This document shows, piece by piece, positions 36,085 through 46,980 of a DNA stretch of 64,000 nt. Under the pieces are notes generated by a model. It was given only the letters and a program-made list of their open reading frames with translations. It did not search any database and was not told the DNA's origin. The translations under genes were made by a program, and so were the position numbers. Within the stretch, counting starts at the first letter, position 1, and each line of letters starts with the position of its first letter. The DNA lies in contig CM030337.1 of NCBI GenBank assembly GCA_017654855.1, positions 1,798,001-1,862,000 of the forward strand, given 5' to 3'. The stretch is from Podospora anserina. Lineage: Eukaryota.

Positions 36085-37215
36085 CTAAAGGCCCCAGTCC
36101 AAAACCTCGGTGTAGTCCTTCTCAACCTCGACCTCACGGCCAACAATGGCACCGCTGCGAACCTTGAGCGTCTTGACGGTGTCGTCGAAGCAATCACCGG
36201 TGACGCTTGGGCCGCAGAGAGGAAGAACCTCACGGGTAGACATGTCGCAGAACTTACCCTCGTGCAGAGAGACGAGATCGGGCCCCCTGGAGCTGTCGCT
36301 TCCGCAGAGGGTGACGGCGCTGTGCTCAGGGCGGGAAGAGCGGACAAGACGGGTCTCGTTGAAGGCAGGGCGTGAGCCGGCGAGCTTCTCACGCTCCTCG
36401 CTTCCGGGCTTCACGGGACCAACGGCGATGCCCTGCTGGGGCTCGCTGCTGCGACCGGCGAGGCCTCTCTTGCGGGGGGTGACCCAGTAAGAGATGGTGT
36501 TGGGCTCCCAGTTGGTGTACCACTTGAGAGAGGGGTTGCTGGCGCAGTAGCTGGATTTGAGGTTAGATGTGATTCAGGGGGTGAGGAGGGGTGGGGATGG
36601 TGAACTTACTAGCCGACGTTCTTGCCTCTGTTCCGAGATTCATCAGCAAACTCATGAATATGAGTCTGGAAGGCTGTCTTGGGCCTGTCGCCATTGCGAT
36701 CGATCCAGGCGCAGTTGAGGGTCTTGCCGCTCTGGACGATGTTGGAATAATACCTATGAGTTTGTTAGGCACTGGTCCTATTGCTCGCAGACGAGAAAGA
36801 GTATCTCTTACCAGTCCTGGTTGCAGGACGAGCTGTCCGCCCAGTTACCAACCCAGCCGTACTTGGACCCGTCGGCCCAGCTGTTGGTGATGTACGCGAT
36901 GCAGATCGCATCGTCGTTGCCCGTGAACAGGGCGTACGTGGGCTGATGGGGCTGGGACAGCTGGACCGTCACGTCCTTGAAGGAGCCGTGGTTGATCTTG
37001 CCAGGGTCATACTTGGCACCGATGAACTGGCCGGCCTCATTCCAGACACGGATATCGGGCGCATCACCACCGGCGTTCGAGAGGCCGCTCGGACCATCAA
37101 GACCGACGTGGATGCGGAACTTGGTCTCATACTGGTTGGGCCTGTCCGGGATGTTGGATTGGATGAACCCCAGGACGGTGAGGATTCCCGAGAAGACTCC
37201 GAAAGCGGTAGCCAT
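36085..37215 (-). CDS. Cys-containing hypothetical protein (2 introns), uncharacterised fungal family
   Basis: MATAFGVFSGILTVLGFIQ...NDDAICIAYI...YGWVGNW...CNQDW|YYSN...CAWID|YCASN...SAVTLC...GPDLVSLHEGKFCDM; strong codon bias; TATA-like element near 37325. Confidence 0.75.
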
Positions 37216-39097
37216 GATGAACAAGAGAGGATGTGATGGTCGGTGGGTTGAAGTTGAGAGTTCTTGAAGGGCAAGCTGCTGGGTGCTGATCAATTCGAAC
37301 CACCTTGAGACGTCTTGAGCCTCCTTTATATACAGTTTCGTCTTGCTGCCTACGTCTCTCTCATCCTTGACAACTGCAAAGACCTTGTCATACAAGTTGG
37401 TGCTTGCTGCGGCGCAGTCATGGCTTCGTCCTCTTCTCGAGAAGTTCATGGCCGTAGAAATCCCAACCCTAGTCCCAGGACGACTCTGAATTCGCAGCAT
37501 TTTCTTGTTTGGGAAGCTATACGAGAGGCAGAGATAGATTCTTCGGGTCTGTCGACTGGCAGGATTGTGATCAAGCGTGGCTAGTGTAGGAATGTCATGT
37601 CGACAGACCCAACATGCATACTCAGCGCTTACTGAGGAGTAGAGGATACTCTTGGCCATCCTAAACCCTGACCGAAAGCCTGGGTCTTTGTTTTATTTTG
37701 CCTTATCCCAAGGCAGGGCCTTTAGGTAAAGTACCTTGCACAGTAGACTCTGCTTTGCCCCTGGGTGAGAGGCATTGATCTCATAGCACATCTTCACAAA
37801 AAGAGATACTTCATCGATGCCATACGCCGAGGGTGTCGACATTTACCTGAACCAGCACCGACATTCATCGTCTGTTTTGACCAAACCGCCATGGGCGTAT
37901 GCCAACCAAACAGGAGGGCTGGTCAACGCGGTCTCCGGCCGGATGTTCTCTTCAAGTTAGCATCAAAGTTAGCCAAGCCTGCTGTTGGGCGTTCCCCTTT
38001 AGACTATTGCTTTTCCCTGCATCCATGAATCGTGCTCGGTAAGGTATTCCAAATCCATGGTTAGGAGGTTTTTACCCAACTGATTGACATACACCTAGTC
38101 CATACCAAATGCATGAACGTTGAAGTTATGTAAGTCAGCCAAGTATTCACACTTGATTATACACTCCTCTCACAATTCTAAAAAAGCCGAACCGCCATTA
38201 ATTCGAATACCTCTCCGAATTTCAATGGCATTTTTCCCCATCCTACATCAGGTCGATGCGATCAACGGTTTTGATACTGCTCAATCTGGAAACTCGTGAA
38301 GAAACTTGTGAAGTCTTTGTTGGCCAAGACAATATGAAGTGGAACTCATGGACCACCGCCTGCCTCAACTGCAACAAAAACTCAGGCAACTCGAGCCGGC
38401 TCGGCGTATCCGGTCTTCAGAGGCACAGTTGGTGGAGGTCAGACAGTCTAGATTTTGGTATACCTGACCAATCATATTCCCTGATTTTAGCAACTGTCCA
38501 ATCATGTCCCATGGCACAAACCCTTAGCGGCGGCGTATCAGAGATCCTACAACACTACAAGCCAAGGCACGATGTCCCATAACAGCAAATGCTGAGTGGA
38601 TTTATACGCACTAAAGATCTGTCGCTTACACAAACACTCCGCAGCGACTGGACCCCTGATGCAAGGCTTACTAGACAAGTGCTTACTTTTGTGCCTCCGC
38701 ATTCGTTGAGTTTCTTCTTGTCATGGCTTTCACTTTAGCTAAGATCTACAACGTTGATCACACGACCCGCCTACTCGCCGGAGCCGCCCCAGCGGGCAAT
38801 GCGTTCGCTCGCAGTTGGTTGATGAAGAAACAAAACCTGTTGGCCGAGTGGGTGTCCGCTTTGCCAAGTTAACGGGGAGGAGGAGCATAACCTGGAGCGT
38901 AGCATTCAGGCTCGGTGGGTCCCAAAGCAAAGAAAATAGTCAGTCTAACGTTGATGCAGGGTCCTTTTTCGTGACGAGGACCCTTTCTTGGCGGTAGGGC
39001 TGAGTCAAATAAGTGTAATAACACGTCCCTGAACAAAAACTTCGTGAGTCGCATCTGCCCATCTCCCTCACCTGTGGGCAACAGGAAAAAAAATTCA

Positions 39098-39897
39098 ATG
39101 CTTTCCCCCAAACTTCTCGTTCTGGCGGCTTTGTCGTCGGCCTCGGTGGCCTTTGATCCTGCCACAGACACAACCTGCAACGACCAAGGAATCTGCCTGT
39201 CTTCTTTTATTTGGTGTGACAAGAATGGACAGTCGTGCTCCTACCCAGAGGGCGCGGACGCGTTGATCCCGTCCAGCACCGCGGCGTCGTACGCTGTGCT
39301 TTATCACCATGTCGAGTACGAGATTCGCTGGCGTCAGGCCAAGCGGGATACTGATGTTTTGATCGAATGGCTGTTTGATGGGAGCCCCTTTCAGAGCGAG
39401 GAGGAGAAGTCGGCTCGTGAGCTTCCTGTTATGTGGAGTACCAGTGCGTGATCCTTCACCCTCTTGTATGGAACAAAAACATTTGGCTAACTTTATTCCA
39501 TCTAGACGTGACAACCTCGAGCACTGAGGGATCCTTCACCTTTGATCCGTTCACCATCCTAAAGGACTTCCCCACGCAGCACGCGCCTAACATGTCCGCC
39601 GGGGAGGCCGCGTCTTCGGCGAGTGGTATGGCCAACACCATTCGCCTCAGCCAGCCCGGTTCCGGCTTCCCGGAGGTTTACACCAATCAGTTCAGTGTCC
39701 AGTCGGGCTGGGCTCATCAGCTGGTGAGGAACATCCGCGAGGAGGAGGCGGATGTTCGTGCGGATGAGAAGCGAAAGATGAGACTTGGGGTTGGGATTGG
39801 TGTCGGTTTGGGAGTTCCGTTGCTGTCTGCCGTGATGTGGTGGGCTGGTTCAAGACACGGGGCTTCCAGGGCGACTCGCTCCGTCGAGGGCAAATAA
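39098..39897 (+). CDS. type I membrane protein (signal peptide, Cys-containing ectodomain, C-terminal TM); one intron
   Basis: MLSPKLLVLAALSSASVA...; TM LGVGIGVGLGVPLLSAVMWW. Confidence 0.75.
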
Positions 39898-40115
39898 ATG
39901 AGCTGCAAGTGAAGCTATGGGACTGGGTATAGAGTGCTCATTGGGCAATGAGAGCCGGGTAGTCATGTTGCCTGTTTTTCAAAGGCAAGCATCGTCACAG
40001 AGTGACATGATGCAAGCCGACTGAGACGGAGATGGATGTCGCGGATGGTAACGGAGTGCTTGAAATTGCCTGGGTTGTTTGGAGTCTGACATTGACAAAT
40101 CCACACGTATATTCC

Positions 40116-41568
40116 CTATAACCCGACATTTTGACACCCCCTGATGGAAGACCCCGAAGCCTGCTCCTCATAAGTAAAAGCGCTTTCTCCCTCCACCTCA
40201 TCATCAACATCCAGCTCCTCCATCATCATCGAATGACCCCCTCTTTTCCCTGGAACAACCCGCTTGATAATCCCCTTTCCCTTCTTATCCTTCCTCGTAA
40301 TCTCAAACTCCTTCCGCGCATAGTCTGACTTCCCATCCAGCGCCATCTCAGCCAACGCCTTGCCAAGCAAAGGAACAAAGTTCATGGCCCAACCCGCGGT
40401 GAAAACCACAACGCTTTTCTCAGCTCCTCCTGCTAGATACTCCTTTGGCAGGTAATCAAGTACAAACATATTGTCAAAGACATTAGTCTGCGAACAGCTC
40501 AGTGTAAAAGCCGGTACGGTAGCATCAACACCGACAACGTGCTTCTTGATAAACTCCTGCGTGTCCCGGATGTCAGCCGGGTTCACGACGTTGGTCAGAC
40601 GTTCACTGGGGTCCTTGATGCGGCGGGTGGCTGCGTCGACGGCGATGCGAGTGACGTTAGGGGGGCCCCAGGGGACGGTGGGGAATCCGTAGAAGAGCTG
40701 GGATCGCCGGTGTTTGTTGGGGGCGAATTGGAACCACATGCTAGGGAAGATGGTGCCGTTGGGTCCGGGGTTGGTGTTGAAGTATGAGGCGACCATTTCC
40801 CAGATGTCGAGATCGAGGGAGACGCCGAAGCTGGGTCGTAGGACGTGGGTTGACGTAGGCGCCAGAGGCAATGACGATCTTCTTGGCTTTGAAAAGTGCC
40901 GGGTCAGTGTCGTGACTGATGGCGTGGACCTCCCAGATGGTCTTGTCGGTGGTGGAGGGAATGATGCGCTCGACGCGGGTGTGCTGTTTGGCCTCGGCGC
41001 CGTAATCTTTGGCTAGGCTGAGAAGGCTGCGCAAGAGAAGCTGGACGTTGATGACGCCGTTGTCGGGGGCGAAGAGACCGATCCATTTAGGGGGCAGATT
41101 TTTGAAGGGGTAGCGCTCTTCGATTTCCTTGGCCGTTACTGAGAACAAAGGGCTTCTAGTGTTCAGTACTATGGATGTTGAAGATCATGAACTCTTACAT
41201 TCTTGGTAAGACATCCCAAGCCGCTCTAAATTGAGCACCGGACCCATTAGAGTCCCTTCAAGGCTGTCTCCACCAAAGTTCTTGTCTCCAAAGTTGAGCA
41301 AGCCGCTCATCCAGCGGAGAGACGAGCCCGAGTCCTTCTCGAGTTTGTCCCAGAGTTTCATGGCGTCCTTTGCGAGGTCGGCCATGAAGTCCTCCGTGTA
41401 CATGGTACGGAACATGCGGGCGAGATCATTCGAGCTTCCAGCTTGATTGAAAAAGTTGTTCTGCTCCAGTACGATGACGCTCGCACCTGTTTTGCCCACC
41501 TCGTACGCGGCGGCGAGCCCGACTGGGCCGCCTCCCACCACGACGACGTCAAAGACTTCCGTGAGCAT
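40116..41568 (-). pseudogene. monomeric sarcosine / pipecolate oxidase-like flavoprotein with a +1 frameshift (pseudogene or sequencing error)
   Basis: FDVVVVGGGPVG, GSSNDLARMFRTMY, GLFAPDNGVIN, VIASGAYVN, then an extra base in a C-run (forward GGG 40847-40849) before HVLRPSFG; later CSQTNVFDNMFVLD and AGWAMNFVPLLG. Confidence 0.8.
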
Positions 41569-42163
41569 GTTAGTGAATAGTTCGCTGAAGTCGTCAAGGC
41601 TGTTTGTGTGAGGGATGTATGAATGGGATGAAAATGAACTGGTCGGGCTCAACAAATATAAGGACTTCTTGGCCTTCCTGTGAGCATTTTGAGCCCTGCA
41701 TTCACTAGGACCCGAGTTTCTGCACCTCCCTGTCGGAGTTGTTCTCTCGCTCGCCTCATCTCAGACCATATTTGTGGTTCTAGACTCTCGGGCTTGCAGC
41801 TTTGAAGCTGCCCAACCATGTCCAGTTTGATGCCCTACGTCAAATTGACAAATATTGTGGGCTTTATAGACCTTGGCTGCGTAATTCCATGCGGGGATAA
41901 CTGAGGGCAACCAATACCATGTGGAATGTACTTTCTCACAGAAACGTGGCATAGCTGTTTCAGTGTTGTTTCCTGACAGTGGCTAGCTGAAAGCGCAATC
42001 ATTATGATTCTTGTTGTGGCAGAAGCGGCAATGACATTTTGTGAGAATCAGTGGATTCCAGGTTTATAACTGGGTGAATGGAGAGTAACAGCCCGACTTA
42101 TTGTTTCCATGTGTACATCTCTCAGCTTATTCTCTGTTTGCTCCCTGCCCAAAGTGAACCGCC

Positions 42164-44038
42164 ATGAGCACCACCACTACGACTAGCATCAAGGCTCGCT
42201 GGGCTCAGCGGCTCATCCGCATCAAGCTTGCGGCGGAGCTCAACGCCCTTCAGGAGAAGGAGTCATTCAGAGGTGGTCACCCAGAGGGCGGTCTGGCAGG
42301 TTGGCTTCCAATCTCCAGCACAGAGGGACCTTTCACCTGGGACAACCTGCCTCATGATATAAGTCTTGAACACGACGAGGGCCATCGTCATTTCCACGAC
42401 GGCGATGGCGCTGGCGACTTTACCCCGCCAGCTCACAAAGTCTGCATTGTAGGCGCCGGTGTCGCGGGCCTCTACATCGCGATGATCCTCGACAGCTTGA
42501 AGATTAGTTATGATATCCTCGAGGCTAACACGAACCATGTGGGCGGACGTTGTTATACGTACCGCTTCAGCGAGGAACCACACGATTACCACGACATTGG
42601 CGCCATGCGATACCCCAAGATTCCCACCATGCAACGCACCTTCGACCTGTTCGAACTCACCATGATGCCCTTGATCCCATACTACCTGGATGGCCCAGAA
42701 AACCCCAAGCTCTTCAATGACCGTTTCTTCGCTCACGGCATCATTGACCCCTATCATGCGAGCAGAAGAAACGGTGGCGGCGTCCCCGATGATGTTGTCG
42801 ACAATGTTGACAAGCTTCTCAACGATGCTTTCGGACCATACAAGGACGAACTTGCCAAGGATTTCAACAAGGGGTTCGACAATCTGATGACGGTTGACGA
42901 CTACAGCACCCGCGAGTTCCTAAGACGAGGCGGCCCAGACGGAACGCTGCCCAAGTATGACTTCTTTGCCATCCAGTGGATGGAAACCCAAGGGACCTCA
43001 ACCAACCTCTTCGACCAGGCCTTTTCCGAGAGCGTAATGGACTCGTTCGACTTTGAGAACCCAACGCGCGATGTCGAGTGGTTCTGCATCGAGAGCGGCA
43101 CATCACTCCTCACCGACGCCATGCAAGCCAGTCTCAGCACCAAGGTTGAGACAGGTAAGCGTGTCGAGGTCATCTCCATCAACTGGACCTCACATGACGA
43201 CGGCAACATGTCTGTCAAATGTGCCGGTGAAACCGAAGCCCGCACGGGATACAGCACCGTGTTCAGCACCACAACCCTCGGTTGCCTCGGCCGCATGGAC
43301 TTGCGCAGCCTCGAGCTCCATCCCTCGCAGAAGGACGCCATTCGCGCCCTGCACTACGACGAATCAGTCAAGGTGGCTCTCAAGTTCTCGTACCCCTGGT
43401 GGATTGTCGACTGTGGCATCACCGAAGGCGGGGTTGCCAGCACCGATCTGCCGCTGCGAACATGCGTCTACCCATCCTACAACCTTCACGACGGCAAGGA
43501 AAACCCCGCCGGGCTGCTGGCCTCATACACTTGGGCACAGGACGCCACCCGCGTAGGCTCTCTCGTCAACAACCGCGCATCCCCCGCCGGTGAGGAGAAA
43601 CTTGTTGAGCTCATCCTCCGCGACCTCGCCCTCCTGCACGCTGAAACTATACCATACGACAAGATTCGAGCTGCTTTCACCGGCGTCCACCACGCCTATT
43701 TGTGGCCGCAGGACCCGAATACGGCCGGTGCCTTTGCATTGTTTGGGCCGGGCCAGTTTAGCAACCTGTACCCGTACTTGACGCGCCCCGCGGCTGACAG
43801 CAAGTTCCACATTGTTGGGGAGGCATCGAGCGCCCACCATGCCTGGATCGTTGGGGCTCTCGACAGTGCCGTCGCCGCCGTGTTGCGCTTCCTCAAGCGG
43901 TTCGAGTTGCGTGACCAGCTCAGGGAGCTCGAAGAGAAGTGGGAAGGTGTCGAGGAGCTGGAGACAGGTGCGAAGGGCACATTGCATTTGCAGGTCGCAA
44001 TGGGGATGTTGAGGGAAAAGAACCAGGTCAAGGTTTGA
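42164..44038 (+). CDS. L-lysine alpha-oxidase-like L-amino-acid oxidase (FAD) with N-terminal propeptide
   Basis: KVCIVGAGVAGLYIAMIL, GGRCYT, DIGAMRYP, KYDFFAIQWMETQ, NLFDQAFSESV, FALFGPGQFSNLYPYL, GEASSAHHAWI. These blocks match my recollection of Trichoderma lysine oxidase, including the RWA.RLIR.K.A.ELN propeptide. Confidence 0.88.
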   Translation: MSTTTTTSIKARWAQRLIRIKLAAELNALQEKESFRGGHPEGGLAGWLPISSTEGPFTWDNLPHDISLEHDEGHRHFHDGDGAGDFTPPAHKVCIVGAGVAGLYIAMILDSLKISYDILEANTNHVGGRCYTYRFSEEPHDYHDIGAMRYPKIPTMQRTFDLFELTMMPLIPYYLDGPENPKLFNDRFFAHGIIDPYHASRRNGGGVPDDVVDNVDKLLNDAFGPYKDELAKDFNKGFDNLMTVDDYSTREFLRRGGPDGTLPKYDFFAIQWMETQGTSTNLFDQAFSESVMDSFDFENPTRDVEWFCIESGTSLLTDAMQASLSTKVETGKRVEVISINWTSHDDGNMSVKCAGETEARTGYSTVFSTTTLGCLGRMDLRSLELHPSQKDAIRALHYDESVKVALKFSYPWWIVDCGITEGGVASTDLPLRTCVYPSYNLHDGKENPAGLLASYTWAQDATRVGSLVNNRASPAGEEKLVELILRDLALLHAETIPYDKIRAAFTGVHHAYLWPQDPNTAGAFALFGPGQFSNLYPYLTRPAADSKFHIVGEASSAHHAWIVGALDSAVAAVLRFLKRFELRDQLRELEEKWEGVEELETGAKGTLHLQVAMGMLREKNQVKV

Positions 44039-44288
44039 GAGGCCCCTCTCTCCTTTAGGACGATGACTTCTCTTGAATGGAGAAGTACTGAATGCTGGAT
44101 ACATGGATATTATGTGATATTAAGCTGGCAGTTCTCCTATATTACGCAGCAACTCCAACCAAAAGCATTTAGACTCTCTTGAGGACAAACCACAAATGTC
44201 GACGATCAACAGATTAACAGGCCAACCATCCAATGACCCCCCTTCCCACCAGCTTCCATCCCCCATCCCTCCTCATCCCCTCCCTACC

Positions 44289-44720
44289 TTATTCGTAATC
44301 CCACTCATACTCATTCAACGAATAGCACGAAGTACGCCCCCACGGCGTCGGCTCCATACCCCTAAAGAGATCGAAGTAGTCCTTCCCTGTATCAGTGATG
44401 ACAAAGGTCCCGTTTCCAAGGTCTTGAACCTCGCCAAAGCTCGAAGACCACTTTGAGTATTCGTCCCAGCTGGCCGCGCGCTCGAGCGCGAGTGCGTGTG
44501 AGCAGCTCTCGCAAAGCCCTCGGATGATAACTTTCTTGTTGGCGTCATCGAACTCGTAAGTTACATTCAGCGGAATGTAGGCGACGCATTCTGAAAGATC
44601 CCAGGCGACCCAGCATGCCATAACATCGCGCGAGACGCGGCAGCGTTTGGTAAGTTGCTGGGCTGGAGCGGCGAGGGCAAGAGCAAAAAGAGATGTGTGG
44701 AGGAGGGCGGCGAGTCTCAT
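44289..44720 (-). CDS. small secreted Cys-rich prepro-protein
   Basis: MRLAALLHTSLFALALAAP signal, LTKR Kex2 site, 6 Cys in the mature part; TATATA upstream near 44801. Confidence 0.75.
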   Translation of the reverse strand: MRLAALLHTSLFALALAAPAQQLTKRCRVSRDVMACWVAWDLSECVAYIPLNVTYEFDDANKKVIIRGLCESCSHALALERAASWDEYSKWSSSFGEVQDLGNGTFVITDTGKDYFDLFRGMEPTPWGRTSCYSLNEYEWDYE

Positions 44721-45712
44721 TGTCACTATCTAGTGTTGATGTGATGGTCAATTACCCACATGACAGCCGACTTGATGATGGGTCGTCTTTAAGAGCTGCC
44801 ATATATATGTAAGGGCTGCGCCCCACGGGTGAGGGTCGTCATTGAAGTCCCGTGGTGTTTGGGGAGGGTTGTTTCGAAGGAATTATCCAGATTAAACGAC
44901 AAGTTTCTCGGGCGACACAAGAGATTGAATATAGGTGTTGCCAAGGCCTGGAAATTGGAGATCAACACCTTGACATGTCTTGGCGTTGTCTTGTGGTGCT
45001 CTAAAAGGAAGCATTTCCCGCATTGGACTGCTAGGCATCTTCCGAGGTCATCACGATCTCCATCGACGACAAAATCTCTTCTCAAACTACCTACCCATCA
45101 AAACAGACTACCAGTTAGTAAAGGGACAAATCTCACCCCATTGTCCTGTTTTCCCCCTTCTCCCCATAGCGACCTTACCTGCCTTACTCACAAGTTCAGA
45201 CAACCAACTCGCCCTTTTCGCCACGTACACAAAGAGCGTAGACTTCTCACAACTAACTATGAGCTCGAGGTGTAGCTGAGGCTGAAACAAACCAAGAATG
45301 ACTACCCCAAAGAAACCCCAAATTCTTACCAATATCTCGTTACTCAATAATAGGGCCTATGGCGCAACTGCTTTTCCGCGCCCTTGTCAACGTCAAACTG
45401 CGGGGTGAGCGGCGGGGCGCGGGGGCACCGGGGGTAGCTCCCCTTATCGCCGGCATTGTCGAATGCGGGGCTGGCCCGGCAGAGTGGATAGCTATGGCGT
45501 CAGCAAGCACCCTCCCACTGACCCCCGTGTTTTGTTCTCTCCGGTGACGGGACCCCCTAATAATAACTGTCATTCTCCTCAATAACATGTTGTTGCCTGC
45601 CGCCGCAAGACTGAGGTATAAATCATTTTCTCAACTTTTCAAAACTTTGACAAAATCAAACGCTCGGTTCATCCTTGCCCCGCTCTTCACCCCGCCATCA
45701 ATCACAAGAACA

Positions 45713-46641
45713 ATGTCCTCCGCTGTTGCTAAGCGCCTCGAGGGCAAAACGGTGGTCATTACCGGTGCTAGTTCCGGCATCGGAAGGAGCACCGCTTTTG
45801 AGTTTGCTCGTACTGCTCCAAAGAACCTGAAGCTTGTTCTTACCGCGAGGAGGATTGATACCCTGAAGCAGATCGCGGCGGATATTGTTGCCGAGGTTGG
45901 TGAGGGGGTCAGGGTGTTGCCTGTTCAGCTTGATGTGAGCAACCCCGAGGAGGTCAAGACTTTTGTCGGGAAACTGCCGGAGGAGTTTGGGGATATTAAT
46001 GTTTTGGTGAACAATGCGTATGTCTTTGATCCCATCTTTTTTTTCTTCATGGTTCATACTGAACAAGATATAGGGGTCTCGTCAAAGGTCTCGCCCGGGC
46101 ACCCGAGATTGCCGAGGAAGACATCAACATCATGTTCAATACCAACGTTACTGGGCTGATCAACATGACACAGGCTATTCTCCCAATCTTCAAGAAGCGG
46201 CCTGAGGGTGGTGCTGGCGACATCATCAACGTTGGCAGCATCGCTGGCCGTGAGCCATACCCCGGTGGCAGCATCTACTGCGCTACCAAGGCGGCCGTTC
46301 GCAGCTTCACCGATGCTTTGCGCAAGGAGCTTATCGCTACTCGCATTAGGGTCATGGAGATTGACCCCGGTCAGGTTGAGACTGAGTTCTCTGTTGTCAG
46401 ATTTTACGGTGACAAGGCCAAGGCGGACGCTGTCTATGCGGGCTGCGAGCCATTGACGCCAGATGACATTGCCGAGGTGGTTGTGTTTGTTGCTGGCAGA
46501 AGGGAGAATGTTGTTATTGCTGATACTCTGATCTTCCCCAGTCACCAGGTATGTTTCTTTTAGATTCCATGTGTGGGGGCTTGACTAATTTGTTGTGATC
46601 AACAGGCCGGTGCTGGTATCTTACACAAGAAGTCGACTTAA
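45713..46641 (+). CDS. short-chain dehydrogenase, YdfG/YMR226C-like NADP-dependent 3-hydroxy acid dehydrogenase (2 introns)
   Basis: TGASSGIG, LVNNAG across an intron, GSIAG, YCATK, DPGQVETEFSVVRF, PLTPDDIAE. Confidence 0.9.
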
Positions 46642-46889
46642 GGAGATGTATGGTCGGCGGAGAGGACGGATTTGATGCTGTCACTTTTTTAGTACATTTT
46701 CTAGATAGAAGGCGAGCAATTGAGACCTTTTAGAGCCACAAACAATGTCATGAGCATCTCGTCAGGAAGAGGGACTTTGCACCTTACACCCTAACCCTGG
46801 AATGATATCGGCGGCAAAAAAGGGGGTGCCAAGCCTGCACCAGCCGCATAGACCCAAAATTCTGCTTTTGTTCCCACCAACAAATCAAA

Positions 46890-46980
46890 GGTTGTGTAGT
46901 GTAGTGGTTATCACTCTGGATTTTGACTTGTTCAAGTCACATTCCTTCCAGTAACCCCGGTTCGAACCCGGGCACGACCT
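46890..46980 (+). tRNA. tRNA-Gln(TTG) with a short (~19 nt) intron
   Basis: Acceptor GGTTGTG/CACGACC, D-arm TAGTGTAGTGGTTATCAC, anticodon stem CTGGA/TCCAG with TT-TTG-A followed by the intron, T-arm CCCGG-TTCGAAC-CCGGG; T-runs downstream. Confidence 0.93.
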
